The position numbers were made by a program, and so were the translations under genes. From positions 1 to 50,373 of the forward strand of contig NZ_JALKBZ010000019.1 of NCBI RefSeq assembly GCF_023227765.1: DNA of 50,373 nucleotides, read 5' to 3'. The notes under the pieces are model-generated. The model had not been told where the DNA came from. It made no database searches and was given only the letters and a program-made list of their open reading frames with translations. This stretch comes from Fuchsiella alkaliacetigena. GTDB lineage: Bacteria > Bacillota > Halanaerobiia > Halobacteroidales > Acetohalobiaceae. This document shows positions 29,871 through 39,279 of this stretch, in pieces; position 1 is the first letter of the stretch, and the number at the start of each line of letters is the position of its first letter.

Positions 29871-32108
29871 TTATTCAAACTGTGCAGTATGTTTACACTT
29901 GGGATAATTACTACAACCAAGAAAGGGCCCGCGACTACCCTTTCGCTTTCTCAATATACCACTCTCACACTCTGGACAGTGACCATACTTTCCACCAGCT
30001 TCTTTAAATTTCTCAAGCTTATCCTTTATTTTGATCTCTTTTCCGGCTGGTAGTTCAAAGCCATCGGGAATACTGATTGTTTCCTTACAGTCACATTTAG
30101 GAAACTTGCTACAACCTAAAAACTTACCCCGTCTACTATCTCTTAATACCATCAGATTCCCATTAGAACAAGAATAATCAGTCTTAACTAAATTAGATTT
30201 CTTCTTTTGCTGTTCCTTTTGCTTCTTTTCAATTCGCTCTTTAACCTCTAAATAATTATCCTTAATCTGTCTACTATCAATTCTAATCCCCCGGGGAATA
30301 TTAACGGTATTTTTACAATCAGGATAATTTCCACAGCCTAAAAACTTACCAGTCTTACCCTCTTTTAATAGCATATCACTATCACACTTAGAACAAACAA
30401 CATCAGTCTTAATCTGATGAGCTTTTTTATCGACATCCTTATTAGCTAACTCCTTTAGCTCAGCTTCAAAGGTAGTCCAAAACTCCTGCAGATATTCTTG
30501 CCACTGCAAGTCTCCCCTACTAATCCCATCTAATCCCTCTTCCATCTCTGCTGTAAAATCAATATTAATTAAATCAGGAAAATGTTCGACTAAAAAATCA
30601 TTAACAGTAATCCCTAAAGTCGTGGGATGAAATTTACCTTTCTTTACTTTAATGTAGTTTCTTTTCTTTAAAGTAGAAATAATACTACTAAAAGTAGAGG
30701 GTCGACCAATATTCTTTTTTTCCAAGCTCTTAACCATTTTGCTTTCTGAATATCTTTGGGGTGGTTTAGTTTCTTTCTGTTTAACATCAAGCTTAGACAG
30801 TTCTAATACTTCTCCGGCATTTAAATCAGGCAGTTCACTTTTATAATTAGAGTTATCAGGCTTAAGATTAGCAAAAAATCCATCAAAAGTAATCTTATTA
30901 ACCAACCCTCTAAATTGATAATCATCTTTTTCAGTTAAAATCTCTAACTGCTGATATTCCATAGGTGCTAACTGTGAATTTAAGAAACTATTCCAGATTA
31001 AACGATATAATTTATACTGGTCTTGACTCAAACTATTACGTACTTGATTAGGAGTTCTATAAATAGAAGTAGGTCTAATAGCTTCATGACCATCTTGAGC
31101 ATTTTTAGAAACATTTCGAGAATAATTATAGGTATAGTCACTACCAAAATTATCTTTAATAAATTTTTGAGCTTGTCCTTTAGCTTCCTTGCTAACACGA
31201 ATACTATCAGTTCTCATATAAGTAATTAAACCTACAGTTTCACCATTAACCTCTACTCCTTCATATAATTTCTGAGCCAAATACATCGTCTTTTTGGATG
31301 GAAAGCGCAAGCTCTTATAAGCTGTCTGCTGCAAAGTCGAGGTTGTAAAAGGCGGATAAGGATACTTCTTTTTATCTTCTTTGCTTAAACTAGTTATTGC
31401 AAAGCGATCTCCTTTAGCTAAATCTTCTTTTAATTTCTTTACCTGCTTCTCTTTATATAATCGAGATTTTTTCACCTTTTTATTAGCCACTTGATTTAAT
31501 TTAAAACCCTCTAAATCATTAGCAAAATCCCCCTTAATCAACCAATAGTCCTGCGGATTAAAAGCTTCAATCTTTCTCTCTAAATCCACTACCATCTTCA
31601 AGGCTACACTCTGCACCCGACCCGCCGACAGACCTCTCCTGATAAATTTCCATAATAACGGCGATAGCTTATAACCTACCAATCTATCTAAAATCCGCCT
31701 TGTCTGCTGCGAATTAACTCGATTCAAATCTATTTGGCGGGGATTATTAATTCCTCTTTGAATCCCACTTTTAGTTATCTCATTAAAGACAATCCTTTGA
31801 TAATCATCTTCACTTAAATCAAGAGCCTGCTTAACATGCCAGCCAATAGCTTCTCCTTCTCTATCAGGATCACTGGCTAGGTAGACAGTATCAGCCTCTT
31901 GATTATACTTTTTTAAATTAGCTAGAGCCTTTTGATTAGTAATTACATAGGTAGGAGTAAAATTATTTTCTACATCCACTGCTAATTCACTCTTGGGTAA
32001 GTCTCTAAAATGGCCGAGACTAGACTGTACTTTATAACCTTTCCCTAAATACTTACTAATTGTCTTAGCTTTAGCTGGGCTCTCTACTACAACTAAATCA
32101 TATCCCAT
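29871..32108 (-). CDS. topA: DNA topoisomerase I with three C-terminal C4 zinc ribbons
   Basis: 745 aa with N-terminal Toprim (LVVVESPAKAKTI), a type IA core with the catalytic GLITYMRTDS region, and a C-terminus carrying repeated CxxC...CxxC ribbons. Confidence 0.92.
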   Translation of the reverse strand: MGYDLVVVESPAKAKTISKYLGKGYKVQSSLGHFRDLPKSELAVDVENNFTPTYVITNQKALANLKKYNQEADTVYLASDPDREGEAIGWHVKQALDLSEDDYQRIVFNEITKSGIQRGINNPRQIDLNRVNSQQTRRILDRLVGYKLSPLLWKFIRRGLSAGRVQSVALKMVVDLERKIEAFNPQDYWLIKGDFANDLEGFKLNQVANKKVKKSRLYKEKQVKKLKEDLAKGDRFAITSLSKEDKKKYPYPPFTTSTLQQTAYKSLRFPSKKTMYLAQKLYEGVEVNGETVGLITYMRTDSIRVSKEAKGQAQKFIKDNFGSDYTYNYSRNVSKNAQDGHEAIRPTSIYRTPNQVRNSLSQDQYKLYRLIWNSFLNSQLAPMEYQQLEILTEKDDYQFRGLVNKITFDGFFANLKPDNSNYKSELPDLNAGEVLELSKLDVKQKETKPPQRYSESKMVKSLEKKNIGRPSTFSSIISTLKKRNYIKVKKGKFHPTTLGITVNDFLVEHFPDLINIDFTAEMEEGLDGISRGDLQWQEYLQEFWTTFEAELKELANKDVDKKAHQIKTDVVCSKCDSDMLLKEGKTGKFLGCGNYPDCKNTVNIPRGIRIDSRQIKDNYLEVKERIEKKQKEQQKKKSNLVKTDYSCSNGNLMVLRDSRRGKFLGCSKFPKCDCKETISIPDGFELPAGKEIKIKDKLEKFKEAGGKYGHCPECESGILRKRKGSRGPFLGCSNYPKCKHTAQFE

Positions 32109-32267
32109 TTTGTTAGCTCCTTTCTTTAACCTTGCTTACAATTCTACTATCAATCTATTTCATTATAGCAAATAACAACTATTAATCAAATATCCCCGTT
32201 AAAACTCTACCTAACATTAATCTGCTCAGCAATTTTTTTAATTATTGATAAGCAGATTGATATTAGA

Positions 32268-32528
32268 TCATTTAGGTTTTACAGTAAATTTAATAGCCGT
32301 CCTTTTTTCCCCAGCAATTTCAACATCTATAAATGCTGGTATACAAATAAGATTAAGCCCACTAGGAGCTACAAATCCCCTAGCAATTGCAATGGCTTTT
32401 ACAGTCTGGTTTACAGCTCCAGCCCCAATAGCCTGCATCTCAGCATAACCCTGCTCTCTTAAGACACCAGCAATTGCACCTGCTACTTTATTTGGATTTG
32501 ATTTAGTTGCTACTTTTAATAATCCCAT
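32268..32528 (-). CDS. spoVS: Stage V sporulation protein S
   Basis: 86 aa matching SpoVS nearly position by position (MGLLKVATKSNPNKVAGAIAGVLRE...). Confidence 0.92.
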   Translation of the reverse strand: MGLLKVATKSNPNKVAGAIAGVLREQGYAEMQAIGAGAVNQTVKAIAIARGFVAPSGLNLICIPAFIDVEIAGEKRTAIKFTVKPK

Positions 32529-32645
32529 ATTAGAACCCCCTTATTTAACTACTCTATTTAAATAAGTTGACTAATATTTTACAAATACCTTTATTAAATT
32601 AAAATATTTCCAAATCATTAGCTAACAATAAAAAAAGGGGAACTA

Positions 32646-32951
32646 TTATTCCCCTTCCTCCTCTAATATTCTTTTATAAGCATTTATATACACAACTTCA
32701 GCTTCTCGTTTACCAATAGACCAAATTATAATCTGCTCTTTAGCTAATATTTCATATACAACTCTATATTTATTCCTATAAAAATAAACTTTTAAACAAC
32801 TTGATAAATCAATATCTCCTCTGCTACCTAATGGCTTTCCTAATTCTGGAGCACGTTTTATTTTCTTTAATACCTTTTTCAATCTCTTTTTTACACTTCC
32901 ATCTAATTCTTTTATATCATCTTTTACTTGCGGATGAAAAATCATTTCCAT
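32646..32951 (-). CDS. Type II toxin, RelE/ParE superfamily
   Basis: 101 aa with the C-terminal YRVVYEI...IIIWSIGKRE block typical of RelE/StbE. Located 20 nt downstream of a Phd/YefM antitoxin gene. Confidence 0.75.
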   Translation of the reverse strand: MEMIFHPQVKDDIKELDGSVKKRLKKVLKKIKRAPELGKPLGSRGDIDLSSCLKVYFYRNKYRVVYEILAKEQIIIWSIGKREAEVVYINAYKRILEEEGE

Positions 32952-32971
32952 ATCTTAATCCTCCCAATAAA

Positions 32972-33280
32972 TCAATCTAACATATCCATAATCTCCTCCT
33001 CTGTTATTGTCTCATCTAAACTAAAATTTTCCTTCCTATCTTTAACTGCATTCTCAATATAAGAGTCTTCTAATTGATTTTCTAAATACTCTATTTTTTC
33101 TAATAACATTTCATATTCTTCTATATCCATCATTATTCCTTCAACATCATTGTTTCTCATAATAAATAACGGGCCTTCCTTAGATTTATCTAACATCTGA
33201 CTAAAATTGCGTACAAGCTCTGAAGAAGAAACCATATGATCTCGATCTATACGTAAAATTGTCATCTCTTTCACCTCCAA
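32972..33280 (-). CDS. Type II antitoxin, Phd/YefM family
   Basis: 102 aa with an N-terminal Phd/YefM fold pattern (VSSSELVRNFSQMLDK...PLFIMRNN...EEYEML) and an acidic C-terminal tail. Confidence 0.7.
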   Translation of the reverse strand: MEVKEMTILRIDRDHMVSSSELVRNFSQMLDKSKEGPLFIMRNNDVEGIMMDIEEYEMLLEKIEYLENQLEDSYIENAVKDRKENFSLDETITEEEIMDMLD

Positions 33281-33502
33281 TTGTTATCATTTATCTTCTC
33301 AAAGATTTTTTTGTTTTATAATTTGTGTTTTCATTAATGATATTATACATTAAATTTTACATAAAATCAATCATATTTTATGAGCAACTCCGACTAACTC
33401 AAATACATAACTGTTCATTAAAAATTATAAAAAAGTCAGACTACGAATAAAGTTGTATCTCTATTGAGAAAATAAACTTAGCAAATAATGAGGAGGGAAA
33501 CT

Positions 33503-35767
33503 ATGTCAAATATAAAAGAAAATATTTTCTGGGGAATGTTAACTGGAGCAGTAGGTGGACTAGCTGCTGCCTTTGTGCTGTGGGGTTCCTGGTTGTTGCC
33601 GGGTTTAGGATTAATCTTAACTCGGGTTGATTTAATAAATGGGCTAGCCTCTATGTTAATTCTGGGAGTTTTAGGTGGGGTAATCTACGCCCTGATTATC
33701 GGTAGTCGAGAACTAACTCTATCCACCTCGCTTTTATCAGGAGTAGCTTTGGGAGTAGCGCTGTGGGTCGGAGGAGTTTTAATTGCTATTCCCTTACTAT
33801 TAGGTCTAGACCCAGCAATCACCAGTCCTTTAGACCACTGGACACCATTAGTGGCTCTTATTTTACACGGACTGATCGTAGCCTTAATTTATAACCGCTG
33901 GAGATTAAGCCACTCGCGAAGAGCAATGGGTACCGCCTTAATTATCTTAGCTTTAGCTGCGGGATTAACTCCTTTAATGTTGAGAACGGCCTTTACTACC
34001 GACCCTTCTGATCTATCTTTGCCTGATGGTTTTGAAGCTGAAGTAGTAGCTAAAGGATTTACATATCCCACTACGGTAATTCTGGATGAGGATGGGAATC
34101 GCTATGTAGCTGAATCTGGCTATGCTTACGGCCCTAAAACTACGGAAGGACGAGTAATTGTAATAGATAAGCAGGGCCAGCTTAAAGAAAGGTATGGAAA
34201 CTTCAGAGGCCCAGTTAATGGATTAGCTATAAAAAATGATCACCTTTACGTTTCTCACCGCGGTAAGATAACAGAAGTGAATTTAGATAATGGAGAACGT
34301 CAAGATCTAATCACAGGTCTGCCTTCCGAAGGAGATCATCACAATAATGAGCTTCTTTTTGCTGAAGATGGAGCTCTTTACTTCGGGCAAGGAACAGTTA
34401 CTAACGCAGGAGTGGTTGGTTCTGATAACTTTCTTTATGGTTGGGCCGACCGTTATCCCGATGTGCACGATATTCCTTCCCGAGACTTCACACTAACCGG
34501 AGAAAACTATGAAGCTCTGGATCTGGGAACAGTAGATCCTGCCGATGTTGAACCGACAGGTGCTTTTGCTCCCTTCGGCCAACAAAGAGAAGAAGGTGAA
34601 AAGATAGAAGCAGAAGTACCTGCTAATGGAACAATACTTCGTTATGATCTGGAAACAGAAGAGTTATCAATGTATGCAGATGGTTTACGCAATCCTTATG
34701 GATTAGCTATAGGGCCCGAAAACTCCCTCTACGCCAGCAATCTTGGTTATGATGATCGAGGTGCTAGAGCGGTTTCCAACTCTCCTGACTGGATTGTGGA
34801 GGTTGAAGAAGGAGCTTGGTACGGCTGGCCCGATTACGCCGGAACTGTACCCTTAAGCGATGAACAGTTTGCTTCCGAGCGAGGAATTAACCGCAAGCCG
34901 TTAATTTCCAATCCACCGGAAGTAGCAGAGCCAGCTTTAGACTTACCTCCCCACTACTCACCGATGAAGCTGGAATTTGCACCAGAAGAGTTTCCACTAG
35001 AAGGACTTTTAGTGGCTATTTTCGGTGATGCAGACCCGCTAACCGAAGACATAGAAGAAACTATCCCTAGCGGAGTTCTGTTAGTAGATTTAGAGGAAGA
35101 AGACTATGATTGGTTTGCTAAAAATACAGATAATCCTCGAGCTGGTCGTTTTGAAGAAGGTTTTAAAAGGGTAATCGATGTAACTTTCTGCGCTGAAGGA
35201 AAAGAACTATATATTTTAGATTTCGGAGTAATGGAGTTTACCGATCTATCCCCCAATGCTATTCCAGAGAGTGGAGTTCTGTGGAAGATTAGCGCTGAAG
35301 AAGTAGCCGAAGAAACTCCAGCACCTGATGCTGATACTCCAACCCCTCCAGTAGAGGAGGAAGAGCCAGCGGAAGTGCCTGAAGAAGCTCCGGGAGTAGT
35401 TCCCGAAGAAGATCCAGCAGAAGAAACTGAAGATGCTCCTGAAGAAGAACCAGAAGATGTTCCTGAAGAGACCCCTGAAGATGAGCCCGAAGAGGCTCCT
35501 GAAGAAGTTCCTGCGGAAGAGCCAGAAGAGGTTCCAGATGAAGAGCCTGAAGAAACTCCCGCGGAAGAGCCAGAAGATGTCCCCGAAGATACTCCAGAGG
35601 AAGTTCCGGAAGGAGAGCCTGAAGATATTCCCGAGGATGTTCCCGAAGATATTCCAGAAGAAGATCCCGAGGATATCCCTGAAGATGCAATTAATGAAAT
35701 ACCAGATGTAGAAGAAAGGGAAGATTTTCTCGAAAATGAAAACACAGATCAAAATAATGAAAGATAG
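33503..35767 (+). CDS. Membrane-anchored sGDH-family (soluble glucose/sorbosone dehydrogenase-like) beta-propeller protein with a ~150-aa acidic Pro/Glu-rich repeat tail
   Basis: N-terminal ~165 aa have 4-5 TM helices. The central region has GFEAEVVAKGF, GDHHNNELLF, GLRNPYGLA and NYGWPDY blocks, which define the sGDH propeller family. The C-terminus is (PEExPEDx)n low complexity. The start was moved to the ATG at 33503, downstream of an AGGAGG RBS. Confidence 0.65.
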   Translation: MSNIKENIFWGMLTGAVGGLAAAFVLWGSWLLPGLGLILTRVDLINGLASMLILGVLGGVIYALIIGSRELTLSTSLLSGVALGVALWVGGVLIAIPLLLGLDPAITSPLDHWTPLVALILHGLIVALIYNRWRLSHSRRAMGTALIILALAAGLTPLMLRTAFTTDPSDLSLPDGFEAEVVAKGFTYPTTVILDEDGNRYVAESGYAYGPKTTEGRVIVIDKQGQLKERYGNFRGPVNGLAIKNDHLYVSHRGKITEVNLDNGERQDLITGLPSEGDHHNNELLFAEDGALYFGQGTVTNAGVVGSDNFLYGWADRYPDVHDIPSRDFTLTGENYEALDLGTVDPADVEPTGAFAPFGQQREEGEKIEAEVPANGTILRYDLETEELSMYADGLRNPYGLAIGPENSLYASNLGYDDRGARAVSNSPDWIVEVEEGAWYGWPDYAGTVPLSDEQFASERGINRKPLISNPPEVAEPALDLPPHYSPMKLEFAPEEFPLEGLLVAIFGDADPLTEDIEETIPSGVLLVDLEEEDYDWFAKNTDNPRAGRFEEGFKRVIDVTFCAEGKELYILDFGVMEFTDLSPNAIPESGVLWKISAEEVAEETPAPDADTPTPPVEEEEPAEVPEEAPGVVPEEDPAEETEDAPEEEPEDVPEETPEDEPEEAPEEVPAEEPEEVPDEEPEETPAEEPEDVPEDTPEEVPEGEPEDIPEDVPEDIPEEDPEDIPEDAINEIPDVEEREDFLENENTDQNNER
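35290..35700 (+). repeat. Degenerate ~24-nt tandem repeat encoding the acidic PEE(V/D/T)PE(E/D) tail
   Basis: Recurring cctgaagaag / ccagaagatgt units. The repeat also creates long spurious ORFs in three other frames on both strands. Confidence 0.8.
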
Positions 35768-35787
35768 TATAAGACATTAATAATACA

Positions 35788-35912
35788 GATGATAGAAGAT
35801 AGATGACAGAGGATAGATTAAGTTCAAAATCATAAAAATCAAAAGCTTTCACCTAATACTTATCTCTTATGTCCTTTTTCTATCTATCCTCTATACTCTA
35901 TCCTCTGTACTA
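35788..35912. repeat. Intergenic heptamer-array inverted-repeat element, copy 2 (short form)
   Basis: Left end GATAGAA-GATAGAT-GACAGAG-GATAGAT (35791-35818); right end is the inverse array ATCTATC-CTCTATA-CTCTATC-CTCTGTAC (35880-35910). The heptamer family and the following TTAAG(T/A)TCAA segment match copy 1 at 21.1 kb. Confidence 0.6.
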
Positions 35913-35956
35913 TAAAGCAATACATTAATTAAATTCCAACTAGCTAAAGAAGGTAC

Positions 35957-36355
35957 TTAAGTTTTATAATGTGTGTTGTAGTAATTTTCTAATGCTTTAT
36001 CTAACTCCTTGCTTTTGATAATAATTTCTTCATCAACTTTTTCTTTTTTATTTACTAATAATTGTAACTGATTTCTCAAACTTTCAACTATCTCATCAAT
36101 TCCTGTTGTTTCTTTATTTTTATCTAGTTCTTCTATATTTTTATCTAGTTCTTCTATATTTTTATTAAAAAAGCTAGCTAAGGAAATTTCTAATCCTTTT
36201 TTACAGATCTTTTCTAATACTTTCAAAGAAACATTCTTAGTCTTATTCTCAACAGAACTAATAAATGCCTGACTTACTTGGGCCCGATTAGCAAGTTCCT
36301 CCTGAGTAATTCCTTTGGCTTCTCTTATAATTCTTATTCTTTTAGCAATATCCAT
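35957..36355 (-). CDS. XRE-family HTH transcriptional regulator carrying an in-frame 8-aa tandem duplication
   Basis: 132 aa with an N-terminal HTH_XRE (IRIIREAKGITQEELANRAQVSQAFISSVENK), then NIEELDKNIEELDKN encoded by a perfect 24-bp tandem duplication. Confidence 0.75.
   Translation of the reverse strand: MDIAKRIRIIREAKGITQEELANRAQVSQAFISSVENKTKNVSLKVLEKICKKGLEISLASFFNKNIEELDKNIEELDKNKETTGIDEIVESLRNQLQLLVNKKEKVDEEIIIKSKELDKALENYYNTHYKT
36117..36164. repeat. Perfect 2 x 24-bp tandem duplication inside the XRE gene
   Basis: ttttatctagttcttctatatt repeated head to tail, and in frame. Confidence 0.85.
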
Positions 36356-36481
36356 TTATCACCTTTACCTCTCACTAAGTTTTTTATAGCTCATATTACT
36401 AGCTATATACAACTTCTATATTACTATAGTAATGCATACTAGTGCAAAAAGCAAATTAACGACAAAAAAAGCTAATATCCC

Positions 36482-36509
36482 TTGACTTTTTATCACTATA
36501 GGTTATAAT
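36482..36509 (+). promoter_or_regulatory. Sigma-A-like promoter for the plus-strand XRE gene, within a palindrome-rich divergent control region
   Basis: TTGACT, 16 nt, TATAAT. Upstream lie the palindrome ATTACTATAGTAAT (36419-36432) and the inverted repeat TATAGCT/AGCTATA (36386-36407). Confidence 0.5.
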
Positions 36510-36543
36510 TAAAGTAAATGGGAAAAGGTGGTATAAAAATTGA

Positions 36544-36957
36544 ATGAAAAATCAAATTGGTACAAAGATCAGTATGATCAGAAAGCATAAAAAAATATCT
36601 CAAAGTGAGCTTGCTCAAAATGCCAACTTATCTCAGTCTTTTATTAGTCACTTAGAGTTGGGAAAAAGAAGCCCTACCCTAAGTACACTTAATAAAATTG
36701 CCGAGGGATTAAACATGCCTTTAAAAAAGTTTCTACTGTATATTGCTAATAACTTAAATTCTAAAATACAGGAGGGAACAGAAAATATAACAATGGGAAA
36801 AGAAAAAACTAATAAACTAAAATTGGAATTGCAAAATATAAAACAAAAAACCAAAAAACACAAAGATATGATAACTAGAAGCAATCAACTTGATAAAGAA
36901 ATCATCAAAAAATATGGCAAGAAGCAACATAAGGGAAGTGATTTAGAAAATGAATAA
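36544..36957 (+). CDS. XRE-family HTH transcriptional regulator
   Basis: 137 aa with an N-terminal HTH_XRE (ISMIRKHKKISQSELAQNANLSQSFISHLELGKRSPTLSTLNKIAEGL) and a basic coiled C-terminus. It overlaps the next ORF by 8 nt (ATGAATAA). Confidence 0.75.
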   Translation: MKNQIGTKISMIRKHKKISQSELAQNANLSQSFISHLELGKRSPTLSTLNKIAEGLNMPLKKFLLYIANNLNSKIQEGTENITMGKEKTNKLKLELQNIKQKTKKHKDMITRSNQLDKEIIKKYGKKQHKGSDLENE

Positions 36958-37228
36958 AACTACTATCTCAGAACATCTAAATATGCTCATACTAAGTATG
37001 GCTTCCAAACAAAAAGTATTTAACGACCTTGAAAGTGAACTGTTTCAACTAAATGCTTATACAACATTTATAGAACAGCTTATTCAAATAAATCTTGAAG
37101 TACTAGATTTAAAACAAGAAGAAAAACAAGACGAATATAATAGATTAATTGAACTTTATTTTGAGGGAGAAATTGACAGTCCTGAACAAATCATTGAAAG
37201 ACTAACAACAGATCTACATGCAGTTTAG
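36950..37228 (+). CDS. Small helical protein of unknown function, translationally coupled to the XRE regulator
   Basis: 92 aa, with its start codon inside the upstream stop region. No recognisable domain. Its position is analogous to SinI-type or anti-repressor partners. Confidence 0.4.
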   Translation: MNKTTISEHLNMLILSMASKQKVFNDLESELFQLNAYTTFIEQLIQINLEVLDLKQEEKQDEYNRLIELYFEGEIDSPEQIIERLTTDLHAV

Positions 37229-37270
37229 TTCTCTAACATTTTGCTTCCTAGAAAGTAAATCTCTATTCCA

Positions 37271-38224
37271 CTACCAATAATACTTAAAAAAGTTAGCCTC
37301 TCGCTCATAACTAGCCGTTAACTCTTCTATCTCGGCTAATTGCTGCTCAGGATACTTACTAAATTCTTTAGCAATCTGCACATTTTCTTCTAATTCTCTT
37401 AGATTAGAAATACCGACTATAGCAGTGCTTACTGGAAAGGATAAGCTATAACCTAAAGCTTGCTCCATAGAAGTAATTCCTTCGGAGCGAATAATACGGC
37501 CGGCGGCTACTACCTTCATCGCAATGATTCCCATTTCTCTAGCTACAGCTTTCTCTAAAAGCTGTTCTTGAAAAGGACGATAATGGATATCGCCAGCATT
37601 TAAAGCCATCAGAATACAGTCAAAATCGTACTCCTCAATCCCTCTCAATAAAACTTGAGGGTCTCGATGGCCAGTAATGCCGATATTCTTAATCAATCCC
37701 TGACTCTTTAACTCTTCCATAGCTTCAATTGCTCCGTTACTGGATAGGGCCCTATCCAAGTCACGATCCACCCGAATATTATGTAATTGATAAAGATCTA
37801 AATAATCAGTCTGCAAACGCTCCAAACTCTGCTCAAAAAGCTCCATAGTCCCTGCATAAGAACGATCGTGAGTCTTAGTAGCCAAAAATACCTCCTCACG
37901 ACGCTCTCTCATCACCTGACCTATATTGCTCTCGCTGCCTCCATTACCATAACTAGGCGCAGTATCAATATAGTTTACTCCCAAATCTAGGGCCCGATTA
38001 ATAATCTCCACTGCCTCCTCTTGCCTATGCTCCTGTTCTATAGTAGCCTCTCCCCCCAAACTAAATAAACTAACCTCATGGCCAGTCCTACCTAAGCTGC
38101 GGGTAGGCATTTCCCCAGCTTCTAAATCGTCCAAAGCCGAAGTATCCTGACAGGAAAGCAGCATTCCACTGGCAACTGTACCTAAACTTAGCTTGATAAA
38201 GTTTCGTCGATCCATATTAAACAA
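37271..38224 (-). CDS. Aldo/keto reductase exported as a probable Tat lipoprotein
   Basis: 317 aa with N-terminal DRRNFIKLSLG (RRxFLK twin-arginine motif), then a lipobox LLSC. The AKR core blocks include GVNYIDTAPSYG and IGITGH. Confidence 0.75.
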   Translation of the reverse strand: MFNMDRRNFIKLSLGTVASGMLLSCQDTSALDDLEAGEMPTRSLGRTGHEVSLFSLGGEATIEQEHRQEEAVEIINRALDLGVNYIDTAPSYGNGGSESNIGQVMRERREEVFLATKTHDRSYAGTMELFEQSLERLQTDYLDLYQLHNIRVDRDLDRALSSNGAIEAMEELKSQGLIKNIGITGHRDPQVLLRGIEEYDFDCILMALNAGDIHYRPFQEQLLEKAVAREMGIIAMKVVAAGRIIRSEGITSMEQALGYSLSFPVSTAIVGISNLRELEENVQIAKEFSKYPEQQLAEIEELTASYEREANFFKYYW

Positions 38225-38309
38225 CCCCTTTCTTGCTTAATAGTATATCAAAAAAGTAAAAAAAGGCAATAATTAGTTGCCTAATTACTGCCTTCAAAAT
38301 TATTAACCT

Positions 38310-39266
38310 CTATTCAATACCATAATCACTTATATCGAAAATGAAATCATTCCCGCCGGAAGAGACCTTCGGTAGTTCGCCATCCCATTTTTCAATAAAG
38401 TCTTCCATAACTTCTAACTGTCTCAGTTGTAACTGTTCATCTATATTCCGCATTAAGAGCTCAGTTGCTTCGGCCTCGGCCTCAGCTTCTTCTATTCTTT
38501 GTTGATTTCTTATTTTTTGAGCCTCATAATGACGTTCAGCACTAAACTCTTCATTAATTGCCTCTTGAATCGACTGATCTAAATAAGTTACCTCTCCTCG
38601 CCAACCTAAAGTGGTAATTGTAACTCCTCTTTCTGCAAAATAAGGAACTACCCTATCTCTTAATTCTTCATTGATTCCACTTCTATCAGCCAAAATCTCA
38701 CCCATTGTCATAGAAGATACTATCTCTGTAAAGGTAGTTTCTACAAAAGCTCTAATTTCTTCATCCATTATCTCTGACAAGGGTTTATTATTATACCTAT
38801 ATAAAAATGTGGTGGCATCAGCTTCATCGATTTGAGCATTTGCGTTAAATCTAGCTCTAAAGCTGATAGATTCTTTAGAATCGGCAATAATAGCTTCATT
38901 TCTATTTGAAGTACCTTCGCCAGGTTCTTCTCGCCACTCTCTAGTAACAGGCGCTCTATCGACCAAAATTAACCTTGCAGTAGGTCTATAATAGCCTCTC
39001 CACCACTGCCAGCCATAACCTGTCTCAACCCATCTTTGTGGTATTTCTACTTCTCTAGTAGCCACCTTATTTTCCTCTAAGTAACTTTCAGAATCCAATT
39101 TATCTTGAACCTCTACACTATCACCAACCATTGGTACTAAGTAAGCAGTTTCGTGTGGTTCAATATCTTCAATGATCGGTTCTTTAGGAGGTTTAGCACA
39201 ACCCACAAGCACTGTAAAAAGCATAATTGACAGCAACAAAACAATTGACTTAGACTTAAATTTCAT
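38310..39266 (-). CDS. SPFH/band-7 (prohibitin/stomatin-like) domain lipoprotein
   Basis: The start is taken at the internal MKFKSKSIVLLLSIMLFTVLVGC (lipobox LVGC); the ORF track extends to 39341 without an RBS. SPFH core with a C-terminal EAEAEAEA coiled region. Confidence 0.65.
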   Translation of the reverse strand: MKFKSKSIVLLLSIMLFTVLVGCAKPPKEPIIEDIEPHETAYLVPMVGDSVEVQDKLDSESYLEENKVATREVEIPQRWVETGYGWQWWRGYYRPTARLILVDRAPVTREWREEPGEGTSNRNEAIIADSKESISFRARFNANAQIDEADATTFLYRYNNKPLSEIMDEEIRAFVETTFTEIVSSMTMGEILADRSGINEELRDRVVPYFAERGVTITTLGWRGEVTYLDQSIQEAINEEFSAERHYEAQKIRNQQRIEEAEAEAEATELLMRNIDEQLQLRQLEVMEDFIEKWDGELPKVSSGGNDFIFDISDYGIE

Positions 39267-39279
39267 TTTTTCAACTCCT

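Noticed and set aside
35104-35752. Four long ORFs (213, 168, 133 and 92 aa) on both strands overlapping the 3' end of the sGDH-like gene
   Set aside because: They are alternative-frame readings of the PEE-repeat DNA. Their translations are low-complexity (SSG..., LLQ..., FFR...), and they sit inside a gene with a coherent domain structure. I treat them as repeat-induced artefacts.
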